Shown in pieces: positions 27,278-39,335 of a DNA stretch of 64,000 bases. Origin of the DNA: Camelus dromedarius. Taxonomy: Eukaryota. The stretch is from positions 77,006,001 to 77,070,000 of the forward strand of contig NC_087437.1 of assembly GCF_036321535.1 (NCBI RefSeq), read 5' to 3'. Position numbers and translations under genes: made by a program. The notes under the pieces are model-generated. The model made no database searches, was not told where the DNA came from, and worked only from the letters and a program-made list of their open reading frames with translations. Numbering within the stretch: position 1 is the first letter of the stretch; every line of letters starts with the position of its first letter.

Positions 27278-27732
27278 TTTTTAATTGAAGCATAGTTGAT
27301 TTACAATAGTCTATAAGTTTCAGGGTACAACATAGTGATTCATAATTTTTAAAGTTATACTCCATTTATAGTTATTATAAAATATTGGCTATATTCCCTG
27401 TGTTGTACAAATATATCCTTATAGCTTGTTTATTTAATGTCCTTATAGCTTATTTATTTTCTACATAGTAGTTTGTACCTCTTAATTCCCTTCCCCTACC
27501 TTGCCCCTCTTCCCTTTCCTCTCCCCACTGGTAACCAATAGTTTGTTCTCTGTATCTGTGAATCTATTTCTTTTTTTGTTATAGTCACTAGTTTGTTTTA
27601 TTTTTTAGATTCCACATGTAAGTGATATCATACAGTATTTGTCTTTCTCTGTCTGACTTATTTCATGAAGCCTTATACTCCACAAGTCCATCCATGTTGT
27701 TGCAATTAGTAAAATTTCACTTCATTCATGGG
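27278..27732 (-). mobile_element. L1 3' end, intermediate age
   Basis: ttttaattgaagcatagttgatttacaat...ttagattccacatgtaagtgatatcatacagtatttgtctttctctgtctgacttatttca. Confidence 0.9.
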
Positions 27733-28124
27733 CTCCTTTTTAGGGGAATATTCACAAACTTTAGGCTTTCTTGGTTCTTGAACCATGTCAAGCAAGGCCA
27801 CATCCTCACTCAGAAAAACAAACAGCAAAAAAGATAATGCTAAGATGACCCTGAGTAGTATATCTCTGAGTAGTATATTTCAGCTTCTCAGCATTTCAAA
27901 AATTCCATTACCCTCAGTCACCGGTGTTTCTGATTTAATATTCCTTTATATATGTTGTTCTGAATTTAAACAGGGAAACATAATCACTAATCCATTTTCC
28001 CATAGCAGTTCACCTCTTACTATATCATAGCTGGCTACTGCCATCTTTGCACTGCAGGGAAACAGGCTCTACATCTCCTTTTCACAGAATGTGGTTAAGA
28101 TCTATAGTTCAACCCATTTTTTAT

Positions 28125-28235
28125 TAAGATGTTATTTTTAGAGCAGTTTAAGTTTCACAGCAAAATTGAGAGGAAGGTACAGAGATTTCCGATATACCCT
28201 CCCCACCATGCTTGCATAAACTCTCTCTGCTTCAA
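28125..28235 (-). mobile_element. L1MC-like 3' terminus
   Basis: tttagagcagtttaagtttcacagcaaaattgagaggaaggtacagagatttcc. Confidence 0.75.
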
Positions 28236-28348
28236 CAAAATTGTAAAGTTGGTGATACAACACAAGAGGAAAAAAATTAATACAGGGGAAAATGTGTGCA
28301 CAAAATTTCTTCTTTTCAAAACAGAATATTTGCTGAAACCATATATAT

Positions 28349-28352
<4 letters not shown>

Positions 28353-28398
<46 letters not shown>
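28353..28398. repeat. (AC)23 microsatellite
   Basis: Perfect dinucleotide run. Confidence 0.98.
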
Positions 28399-28400
<2 letters not shown>

Positions 28401-28849
28401 TTTTCCCTTTCCCTAAAATAAAAGAGCATCTCTCCTCCAAAGTAAAAAGATTCTCTCTCACCTGAGAGACAAAAACTGTGTGAGAGGACGTACACTTCTG
28501 GCACCACACTGTGACTAGGAAATGTGGGCCAGTCTCCCCACCACGAACAAATAGAAAACCTAATCAAATTGTATATTTTTAAAACTACTTGAAGGTATCA
28601 TTAAGGTAACAAGGCACTGAAAAATGAGGACTCCAAGGTCTTGAGTAAGAAAAAGCCCAGAAAGAGATGCCTAGTATATGGAAAATGCCAAAAGGTAAGT
28701 GAGAAACTGGGTAGACTTTTGATAATCTTATGGGATTGGGAGTGACACAGTTGGAGTCCAGAGCCTGCCAAGGAAGCAATGCCTGTGAACACACAGAATA
28801 AGGGCTGCACTCTGCAAATCAGTGTGAACTTGAAATGGTCCAGCCATTG

Positions 28850-29320
28850 TGAGTGGCTCAAATGTTTGGAGATGACTGGTATAGCTTGGCTGGAACCTTA
28901 TGTCTATGGCCTCAATTTTGGCTGTCAGCTGGGTTTTTCCATTCTCTTCCATGGGGTCTGTTGGTGTTGGAAGAACCAACGTGGTTCTTTCTTCATGTCT
29001 GGTGCCTGGATTAGAATGGCTAGAAAAGCTGGGTCAAGCAGTTCTTTTCCTCTTTCTGAGTGGCCCCTCTCTACAAAGTCTCACAACGGCTGAAATTCTT
29101 TCATGGCACTGAACTTCTTTAGAAAGCCATCTTAAGAAACTCCAGTAGACGTTGCAGGGCTTGATATGACCTAATCTTGAAAGCCACTCAGCATCACTTC
29201 TGCATTATCTTGATTATACATGCCAACCTAGGACCACTATGGAAGAGGACCACAGAAGGGTGCAAAGACCCAGAACTTTGATTCATTTGGAGACCATATT
29301 TGGAAACTAGCTATTACACA
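28850..29320 (-). mobile_element. MaLR LTR (MLT1G/H-like)
   Basis: ggctgtcagctggg; cagcatcacttctgcatt; ends tttggaaactagctattaca. Confidence 0.7.
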
Positions 29321-30237
29321 GTCCCCAGTGAGTTATGTATGTGCTTACTGACTTCTGGAAGACACTTATTTTTCACTCAAAGTGCACTTCCTGAAACACA
29401 ATTTCATCTGTGTCAGTGGGATAAATACAATTTATTGCAATGGTTTTGCAGTTGTAACTAAATTGGAATGACCTTCATAAGGCATAATGATACCAAAGAA
29501 ACTAGATAATATCATCTTCATTTCCCAAAACCAATAAGTTTTTGGTTTTACTTAAGCACCTGAGGAGCAATTTTATGGGCATTGCTTATGCACTTAAGAC
29601 TTTCATATACTATTCCTTGTGTGTTCTTCTGTGGTCCCAGTGCTTATGTATTTATTCTGTGAGAATTGGTTATCACTTTTAGTCATACAATTTCCCTTCA
29701 ATCACAAAAATGTAGGTGAAAGCATTGCAGTGAGTGGATACTCTGTATGTTTGTTGGTGCTACTTTCTATATAAAAATATGTATTAATATGCATATATTT
29801 ACTCAGTAAACAAGTGATAAATACCTCTTTCATGCTGGCTCTGCATAATATTTTTATGGACGTGCACATCCTTGAAACAGCTACATAACCCTCTCCTCTC
29901 TTCTCCCCACTACCTTCCTTCCTGGTTACATGGCTTGGAGTACTACTCTGGGTAATTAAATTTTCAAGAGCACTGACAGTCATTTAAGTGTAATGATTTT
30001 ATATCTAACAGTTTTCTCCAAACTGTCCCTGAGACAGGTATAAGATTTTAAAATTTTCAAGGCAGTAGAATAAAATACATTCTAATTGCCTTCAAAATAA
30101 CAAGAGCAGCGTAAAAAGATTATCCAGTGTGCAGTCTTTAGTAAATCTTCCCTCCTTCCCTCCTTTATCTTCTTTCCTTCCTCCCTTACCTCCTAATACA
30201 GGATTGCCAAGAATGTCACTTTCTCTTCTGAGAGACA

Positions 30238-30392
30238 AGTGTATAGTCTGCAGATATTTTCTTCCATGCCGTAGGTTGCATTTTCACTCTGTTAACTCTG
30301 TTAATTATTTCCTTTGTTGTGCATAAGCTTTTTGTGGCATAATTCACGATAGCCAGCATATGGAAATAACCTACAATATCAGTGACAGGCAA
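30238..30392. mobile_element. Short copy of an inverted-L1 junction
   Basis: Antisense ORF2 (ttgcattttcactctgttaa...gcataagcttttt) fused to sense ORF2 (gtggcataattcacgatagcc), same junction as at 31865/31866. Confidence 0.8.
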
Positions 30393-30399
30393 AAAGGTA

Positions 30400-30660
30400 A
30401 AATCCAGCTGAGAATGAGGTCTTCTCTGATCATTGTTTCTGAAGTGGTATCTTGCCTTACCATCAGTCACAATGTTTTCTTTTTTTCTTTGGCCATACTC
30501 ACCACAATCTATAAACCTATTCATTTGTTTGCTTATTTCCTCTTCCCTCTTGAAAGTACAAGATCAGGGAGAATGTGCCTCCTTTTATGTCTAGCATACC
30601 GCTGAATCTTTGGTACCTGGTTTTAAGTTAGCAATACATGAAGACTGGTTGCATAAATTA
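30400..30660 (+). mobile_element. L2 3' fragment
   Basis: gaggtcttctctgatc...ttcatttgtttgcttatttcctcttccctcttgaaagtacaag. Confidence 0.55.
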
Positions 30661-30714
30661 GGGAAATAAGTTATTCCAAGTGGCCACAGAAACTAAGTAA
30701 TGCAATGTCCATTG

Positions 30715-31205
30715 TGTAGTATTGCGGATGCCTGCTCAGTACATGCTCTCCCTTCTCTTGACAACTACCCCTATTTTCATTCAAGTTTCCATGTTTCCAC
30801 TGTATGATCCAAATATTTTAGGGGTAACTACTCTACTTCTAGCTCTGGAATGCGACATTTGAACCAGCCAGACAAAGGAAATCAGAGAGTGACATTCCCC
30901 AGGCTCTGTGAGTGAATGATTTTTGAGCCATTTGAGCCAATGAGGAAATCTAGGAAACAATTTCTTCTCTTCACTGTTACATAAGAAATGATACACATTT
31001 TGTGTGGCCTGAAACTTACCTTCATACTAAGGAAAAGAATACACCAATGACTTCCAGCAGGCTTGATGCAGTCATCAGTTCTCAGATCTTGACTTACCCT
31101 GCCTCTCAGCAGCAGTTGACACCTTCTGTAAAACATTCTGTTAATCATCCATTTGTTGGTCTCACTACTATTGGCTTCAGTTGGAGAAGATTTGGTAATT
31201 GAAAG
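30715..31205 (+). mobile_element. Old MaLR LTR (MLT1K/L-like)
   Basis: gctctcccttctcttgacaactacccctattttcattc; gagccatttgagccaatgag. Confidence 0.55.
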
Positions 31206-31390
31206 TTTTCTTTTTAATGAAATCAACTGCAGGCTTTGCATTTCTAAACAAATAATCATGGTTTATTATCGTGGATTGTGTGCCAGGAGGCCAGATTCAA
31301 GCTCTGTCGCTTTCTAGCAACATGACCTTGCTAAATAGCTTAATCTCTCATTAAGATTATTATTTTTATCTGATATTATGGAGCAAATGC

Positions 31391-32518
31391 AATAATCCCT
31401 TTGGATGTATACCCAGAAGTGGGATTGCTGGATCATATGGTAGTTCTATTTTTAATTTTTAAAGAGACCTGCATAGTGTCTTTCATTGCAGTTGTGTGAT
31501 TTTACATTCCCACCAACATTATACAAGTTTCAAATTTCTCTGCAAACTCACCAACACGTATCTTTTTCATGTGAGGTGCTATCTCACTGTGGTTTTTGTT
31601 TGCATTTTCCTGACAATTAGTAATATTGAGCACTTTTTTTAATATACCTGTTGCTCATTTGTATGTCTTCTTTGGAGAAATACCTATTCAGTTTCTTTGC
31701 CCATTTTTTAATTGGGTTATTGCTTTGCTTTTGAGTTGTAAGAATTCCTTATATATTTTAGAAGTTAACTCCTTATCAAATACATGGTTTGCAAATATTT
31801 TCCTCCATTCCACAGATTACATTTTTACTCTGTTAATTATTCCCTTTGGTGCACAGAAGCTTTTTGCAGCATAATTCACAATAGCTAACATATAGATATA
31901 ACCTACAAGATCACTGACAAATAAACAAAGTATGGTATATACAATGGAATATTACATAGCTGTAAAAAGAAGGAAATCCTACGATTTACGACAACATGGA
32001 TGAACCTGAAAGATGTTATGATAAGTGAAATGTTAGTCACAGAGGACAAATACTACATTATTCCACTTACATGAGTTATCCGAAATTGTCAAACTTATAA
32101 AAACAGAAAAATGATTGGTGGTGTCCAGGGTATGAGAGGAAGGTGAAATTAGAGTTATTGTTCAATGAATATAAAGTTATAGTTATACAAGGTGAATGTT
32201 CTAGAGATCCATGCAACATAATGCCTATATGTAACAATATGGTACTGTGCACTTAAGAAACTATTAAGAGGGTAGATACTACGTAAAGTATTCTTATCAC
32301 ACAGACACACAAAAGACACAAGGAATCCTTTGGAAATAATGGATAAGTTTGTTACCTTTACTGTGGTGATGGTATTATGAGTGTATGCAAATAGTCAGCA
32401 GGTATATGAAAAGGTGTTCAACATCACTAATCATCAGAGAAATGCAAACTCATCAAATTGCATACACTAAATATGTGCAGTTTTTGTGTATCAGTTACAC
32501 CTCTAAAAAGCTGAAAAA
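31391..32518 (+). mobile_element. L1MA9/L1MA10-like element with 5' inversion (31391-31865 antisense, 31866-32518 sense), inserted in a MIR
   Basis: Antisense tatacccagaagtgggattgctggatcatatggtagttct...gcacagaagcttttt, then sense gcagcataattcacaatagc...acaacatggatgaacctgaa...3'UTR to tacacctctaaaaagctgaaaaaa; MIR pieces on both sides (~31270-31390, ~32520-32590). Confidence 0.9.
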
Positions 32519-34079
32519 ATATAATGCTTGTGAAAATACTTTGAACACTGACAATTTTTGCACATTTAAGAAGTCACTACCATTATTAATATTATAATTA
32601 AAAATGTGTCAGGACAATAATTTTTTAGGCACAAAAAAGGATTATGACAGATATAAGTATGAGGAAGGATATAGGATATGTTGTAGAATCAATGGGAAGG
32701 CTTGAGAATTGAGATTAGGAATTGTAGGAGTTCAGTAAGTAGGAAACCCAGCCAGGAACACATTCCAGGAATAGTCTGGTGAACATGCTACCTTGGCACC
32801 ACAAGCATACTTACTCCATCTGTATCAGTGTCTCAGCTCTGCTGTAGGATACCACTGCTACCATGGTCAGTGTCACAGGAAATGAATTCCAAACTTCATC
32901 TCTAGATGACTAATTCAAGTTTAAAATATCTGACTATCTTAGCTTTAGTTTTGGGTCTACATCCTACATGCTAGGGTCTGAAGAGGGGTCTCTTAACCCA
33001 ATTCGAATTTTGCAGTAGAAATCAGAGTCCACCAACATTCCCTGTATGAGAATGAATTACATCAATACCATTTTCTTAATAAACTATGAGTAACGGGTCA
33101 TACAGGGACAAGGGAAACTCCCCATGAAGTTCTCAAAAGCCATCGCTGTTTATCAATTACCCCTATAGAAGAACAACTTTGACTAACAAATGGCACTGGG
33201 AACTATGCTGTAACTGTAGGTCTGTATCTGTAATAGTTACTTTCACAGAAATGAAAGTCAAATAATGGAGCTGGCAAGGATGAAGTAAAAAACACAAAAG
33301 AAAAGAAAAATGCCTTTGTAATCTTACAGCGTGCCAAATTACTAGTGAACAGTGAGGAAAATACACAGTTCTAGTCAATGATAATTACTTCAGATGCGTA
33401 TTATATGGGTAATTTGTGAAAATGAGCTGAATCATTTATTAATTATATATTCAATGGGCTAATTTTCAGAAGAAAGTATATATTTATCCTTTATGAAATC
33501 CTAAGATTTATTTATAGTCTTTGTAATAACTTGAAAGTGAATCTTACTTTCATAGCTTTTTATTCAAAATTTCAATTTTGTTGACTGATCATATTGATTT
33601 AATTGATGGCCATTGGAATTTTTCCTATGCCTTGAATGGAGGAAAATGAGAAGAATATTTCAGTCTTAAAAGATGATGAAAGTTATCTTTGGAATATATG
33701 TTCAGAATGTAAATATATGTTATATATATAAAACTTCATTTATCTCTATGTGAATATATATATTTTTTACTTCATGACAACATTTCAAGTCACAGAATTT
33801 TCTCTCCCTGAACGAAGATACTGGTTTACTGTATGGAGGGATTGAAACCAGCGCATTAAGATTTTGCTGAGAGAAAAGACGTGCATAGATTATTTTGTTT
33901 TCTTTTGAGAGAGCTCAATCTAAATTTTTCTGAAGTTTATCTTTGACACAGTTTGTCTATGTTGATTCACCATAAGAAAGCAGGTGAAGTGTTAGGAATA
34001 ATTCCCTGTAGGATATTTTATCTGTGATGAGAACTTGGTTTAATTCCACTGTGAATCCGTTTACAGAGATTCTGTAAAT

Positions 34080-35560
34080 TTTAGAAAGTATAGAATTGGG
34101 CCTGGAGTCAGTTTACAGGTCTGTCTCTGTGACTGTCTGAGAAGCGTGGGTGACTGGCCCTTTTCCTGGTCTGTAACAGATGAAGCTGGTGCCTGCCATG
34201 TCCCCCTGGATTCCCTGAGCTCACCTGCAGCTTCGATGGGAAGTCCCCACACAGACCTATTGCTTTCCCTTGAGCACTTGTGACTCTAACTGGGAGTCTG
34301 GGAGATTAATCTGACCCCATGAGTGGGGCAGGACGAAAGTGCTGGAGAGGTGATGCCCCAGGAGCAGCTCACAATAAATGAGGGCTTGAGGTCTGTGGAT
34401 AGACGCCCAGCTTCAGGCCCTTTGCGTCCTGGAGTTTTGACATATGCTCGCTTTGGTTTCTCAGAGGCCCCTCGTGACACTCAACCGAAGTTGCTCATAG
34501 TGGTAATCTTGTCGTTAACACACACTTTCTTTACTAAAATTTTTTATTAAAGTACAGTCATTTTACAATGTAGTGTCAATTTCTGGTGTACAGCATAATG
34601 TTTTAGCCATACATATACATACATATATTCCTCTTTATACTCTTTTCCATTATAGGCTACTACAAGATATTGAATATAGTTCCCTGTGCTATACAGTATA
34701 AACTTGTTGTTTATCTATTTTACATATATTAGTTAGTATCTGCAAATATTGAACTCTCAATTTATCCTTTCCCACCCCCTCCCTCCTGGTAATCATAAGT
34801 TTGTTTTCTATGTCTGAATCTGTTTCTAAGTAAGTTCATTTATAGGTTTTTGTTTGTTTGTTTTGTTTTTTAGATTCCACATATAAGTGATATCGTATAG
34901 TATTTTTGTTTCTCTTTCTGGGTTACTTTGCTTAGAATGATGATCTCCAGGTCCATCCATGTAGCAGCAAATTACATTATTTTATTCTTTTTTGTTGGCT
35001 GAGTAGTTATTCCATTGTATAAATATACCACAACTTCTTCATCCAGTCATCTGTCAATGGACATTTAGGTTGTTTCCATGTCTTGGCTATTGTAAACAGT
35101 GCTGCTGTAAACATTGGGGTGCATGCATTTTTTTCAATATACAGTTCCCTCCAGTTAAATGCCCAGGAATGGGATTGCTGGATCACATGGGAACTCTATT
35201 TTTAGTTTTTTAAGCACTGTCCATACTGTTTTCCATAATGATTGCACTAACCTACATTCCCACCAGCAGTGTAGGAGGATTCCCTTTTCTCCACACCCTC
35301 TCCAGCATTTGTCATTTGTAGACTTTTGAATGATGGCCATTCTGACTGGTATGGGGTGGTATCTCATTGTAGTTTTGATTTGCAACTCTGATAATTAGTG
35401 ATGTTGAGCATTTTTTTCATGTGCTTACTAGCCATTGACACACACTTTCTGATTCTCCTCCCTCCCTTCTCTGACTTACTTCCCCCTCCCTCACTGTGCT
35501 CTGTGATATCACCTCCCAAATAAACTCCTAGCACTTGTCTCAGGGTCTGATTTTTTGTCT
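34080..35560 (+). mobile_element. LTR16-family ERVL solo LTR interrupted by an L1
   Basis: ggacgaaagtgctggagaggtgatgccccaggagcagc; gttgctcatagtggtaatcttgtcgttaacacac; resumes at 35451 ...atcacctcccaaataaact...ttgtctcagggtctg. Confidence 0.8.
34531..35437 (-). mobile_element. 5'-truncated L1 (3'UTR plus ORF2 C-terminus) with 13-bp TSD
   Basis: ORF 35155-35385 gives ORF2p-like [58 protein letters not shown] acacacactttct at 34518-34530 and 35438-35450. Confidence 0.95.
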
Positions 35561-35999
35561 TCCTGATATAAATGTTCACCTAATCTTATTTTTTTTTTAA
35601 GCCAGCAGTGTCACTATTCTGGAGACACAAGATTGAGGGAAGAGGAAAGTCTCTGATTGCATTTATGAGGAGCTAAAACCATCTAAATTTTTACCATAGT
35701 GGCCATGGCCTGCTCTAGTGATTGCTTCTTCCCTTTTACTTGTATGTCTTCTATGATTTGAGACCCTCTCTCCCGGCATGGGCACAAGTAATATATGAAT
35801 GAAAATCATTTGTTAAGCTGTAAGAAGGAGTGGTTTCTTTGAGATAGTTATTCTGATGGATTGTAATCCTTCCTTCCTGTTAACTATACATTCCTTGGGT
35901 TTTTTATGACTATTTTAAACAATTGCCTGTGGAAATGGGGCTTAAAATATCGAAATTCTGTGGTCCACAAAGCTTATTATCACTTGCCCTTATTTTTCC

Positions 36000-36360
36000 T
36001 CTGCCCAGTCCACCCCAGTGTTCCAGCTTCCGTGAGATTAGGGACCTTGTTTGTTTTGTTTGTTGCTCTATCACTAATAAAATAACAGCAGAAGTGCCTG
36101 GAAAACAGTAAATTTTTCATAAGTATTTTTTGAATGAATCAACTTAACCAATTGAATTACTTGATAGCCTTACAAACTTGGACAAATTGCTTAACCTCTC
36201 TTTGCCTCAATTTTCTCATATGTAAAATGGAGATAATGAAAGTCCCTCTCTTAAATGATTAATTTTGAGGTTTGAATGACATTTTATATGCAATACACTC
36301 AATGTAATTCCTGACACATAGTAAGTGCTAAGAAGCATAGCTTTTATTATTATTAATGCT
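36000..36360 (+). mobile_element. L2 3' end followed by MIR
   Basis: gcttccgtgagattagggaccttg...gtgcctggaaaacagta...tgaatgaat; acttggacaaattgcttaacctctctttgcctcaattttctcatatgtaaaatgg. Confidence 0.85.
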
Positions 36361-36659
36361 GTTAATGTAATATATATGTATTGAGGAATGACTTAACAGA
36401 TTTTATTAGATGGGATTACAGCCGTGAAATATTACACACAAAGTCACTATGCTCATGAAATTGTAGTAAAGTAAATTTGTCATGATAAATAGACAACACT
36501 TATATAAATATTTTAACTTAAGGAAATTCCTTTTTTCTTTTCTATAGATATTGAAGAACTACAAATTATAAATCAGGGGAAAGATTTTTTTTAAAAGCAC
36601 ATCTTAATGACTTCAACAATATGAAGGTAGATTAATTGGGGGAAATATTGAAGACATGG

Positions 36660-37030
36660 TGAATTCTTAAGAAACTACTTCAGTATTTCAGGCAACAGAT
36701 AATAATAGTAGTAAAGTGAATGCATCTGAGAGACTTTTCTAGAGGAGGAAGGACAGAGCTGGTAGATGGCCACTCAGTGAAATGACAGGGGAAATACAGG
36801 AAGAACAGGTAGGGAAAGGGACTTGGCATAACTGTGTGTTCCCTAAGATCTACTGAAGAAAAGCATTGCAAAAGAATTGGGAGCCAACAGGAGCTGGAGA
36901 AGATGAAATGGTTCTTAAAGCTTTGCAGAAAGTGATAGGGGAACAAGACCTGTCCTTTTTTCTGGAGCAGTGAGTTGGGGAAATCTAGAATTTGGGGGTT
37001 AGGATGAGAGGATGAATAAGAACTGGCAAT
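36660..37030 (-). mobile_element. L2 fragment
   Basis: gagacttttctagaggaggaaggacagagctgg, purine-rich antisense L2. Confidence 0.55.
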
Positions 37031-38529
37031 GTGGCTGGACAGAGGGAGATTGTTTATAGAAGTGAAAGAGGAGGTCAGGAATATTTTCTCAGTCTTTCCA
37101 CAAGGTGGTGTCTCTCCTTATTTAAAGGTTGTTTCTGTCATCACTTCTGTGTTCAGAGTGACTCAGTTTCCGATTCTACCCAGAATGCCTCTCTACAGCT
37201 CCCAAAGGGGAGCAAAGAATCTTGGTGTCTCTATTTAGTTAGATAGGCATCACCTTATGCTGGATGAAATATTCCTATTCCATCAAATCAAGGCATGCTT
37301 TCCAACCTTTCTGTTGTCTTCTTAATCACTAAATGATAAAGATTATTTCCTTTAACAGAAACATAATACCATCATCACATTTAAAAATATATAAAAATTC
37401 TTTAACGTCCTCATATGTAGCCAGTTCAAGTTTTTTGTGCGTGTGTGTGCTTTTCTGACTCATTCATTTCTTATTTTGGCAATGTATCAGCCCTAAATTT
37501 TTATTATTTCCAGACTTAGTTCTCTTCTTCCTGCCAAAGTTAAAAAACAAATAAAAAATTGGATTTTCATAAAGGTTCTCCCACTCCTTTGGGGATTTAA
37601 ACAAAATACCACTAACTCAAATCATCTGAAACAACCAGTTTCTATGATCCTGAAAATGTAAACATGTCAGCAAAATCAAACATGACTCATATATATGTAG
37701 CTCAAAGGTATTAAGGTCTAAAATAAACCCTGGGGTGTGCCTGCTTTCTAAGAGAAAAAAGGGCATTGCAAGTTCATGACTAAATGAAAGACTTCAGTAA
37801 TTTGAATATATTTCCCAGAAGCCAGAGGGCTGAAAAGGTGGCTGTGCAAGATGTGTGCAAACCTCCAGAGTATGAAAATTAAATATTTTAAAGGATAGAA
37901 GTTGTTTTTTCACTAAGATAAAACATCCTATGAAAAATACTTACTTTGTGGCAGTTGCTCTGTTAGGAATTTTACCTGTGTGAAACAATCCTCACAGTAT
38001 TGCACAAAGTAGGGATTATGAAGCCCACATTACAGATTTGTAAAGCAAGGTTGTCTTATGTACTTGTTAGACTTTAAAATGCATGGTCTTCTCATGACTA
38101 TAACAGACTTTATCTTCTGGTGTCATCAAGGTATGAGGTCACCAGTGTAAAGATGAGGAAAACCAAATTTGAGATATACTTATGTAAACATGATGCTGAG
38201 CTGTTGTCAGTGGAGAGAATCTACTCTGTGCACCTCAGTGGCAAGTGTGGTGATGCATGCAATCTTAGAGCAGCTCACCACTTGCTGGAATTTGGTCATC
38301 GCTAAGTTTCCTATGCGCATGCATTTAATTAGCACTTTCCCCTTAAATTGATACCCTGTATCCTTCAAAGTTCAGTCAGGAAAACATAGCCCCAGTATGA
38401 ATTATATGAATGAGGGATTTATGATATTCATAAATGAATGTGTGCAATAACCTAGGGAAGTGAAAGTCTAAAAGGGGGAGTGCTAGGCACCAATCATTCC
38501 ATACACAGGTATGAGTCAGAACTGCAGGA

Positions 38530-38716
38530 TTAAGTTGCTATATTTTGCAACTAAAACTGCGTAACACCCAGTTAAATTTGAATTTCAGATAAATAACATA
38601 ATTTTTAGCATAAGATATCCCATGCAATAGATGAAATATACTTACGCTGAAATTTTTTTCATTGTTTATCTTAAAATACAGGACACCCAGTTAAATTTTT
38701 ATTTATCTGGCAACAT
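38530..38716. mobile_element. MER53 palindromic MITE with internal inversion, nested in an old LTR (~38357-39060)
   Basis: aagttgcta...cccagttaaatttgaatttcagataaa...ttgtttatct...tttatctggcaac; internal self-complementarity. Confidence 0.85.
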
Positions 38717-39149
38717 GATAGCAGGAACATCTGAGAAGCCAAGTATGTTCACTTCTGAAGTGGGACTGCAGAGGGGAAATGTGTGAAGAGTCTATGGAAA
38801 TAGGTACCAGCTCTTTGGCTACACAAGTAAGTATGTGGTGATGAGCCTGGGGCTGCAAAATGTCAACAGGGTCAGGGTCAGGGAGAGGAGCTGGGTAATG
38901 AACAAAGGAGAGCAAGGATAACTGGGTACCTCTGTGATGGACAGACATGATGTCTAACTACAACCACCTCTGGGGAATGACAACTTCGTATCTAACTTCT
39001 AAATTGCACGGGGACCTCTCTTGGCCACACAGAAGGCAGTTTCTTGTCTTCGTGAAACAGTGTAACTCTGTGTAATATATCTGTCATTTTTGCCTAAAAT
39101 ACACACTCTTATCTAGCTCTCTCACTCTCTCTCAATCTCCTGAGTTAAA

Positions 39150-39335
39150 GTGCATTTAAAAATGCATGGATTTTAAATATAGCAAGTTAGAAGCATACAG
39201 TATGCAGTTTTTTTCTTTTGGATCTGGCTTTTGTCACACAATATCATGTGCTCATCAATGTTGCTGCATGTACCTGTAGTTTATTCCTTTTTATGACTGC
39301 ATAGTAGTCCATTGTATGAATATATCCATTATGAA
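39150..39335 (-). mobile_element. Old L1M fragment
   Basis: agcatacagtatgcag...ctggcttttgtcacacaatat...ttattcctttttatgactgcatagtagtccattgtatgaatata. Confidence 0.75.

Noticed and set aside
19807..27878. Short tandem duplications (19807-19842, ~21091-21111, ~27415-27458, 27851-27878)
   Set aside because: Ordinary slippage duplications with two copies only; no repeat-spacer periodicity, so not CRISPR-like
28129..28567. Cluster of overlapping ORFs with HTHT/CVCV runs
   Set aside because: Artefact of the (AC)23 microsatellite and an L1 fragment
35155..35385. ORF resembling a real protein
   Set aside because: L1 ORF2p C-terminal remnant in a truncated element, not a host gene; the same applies to 46076-46402
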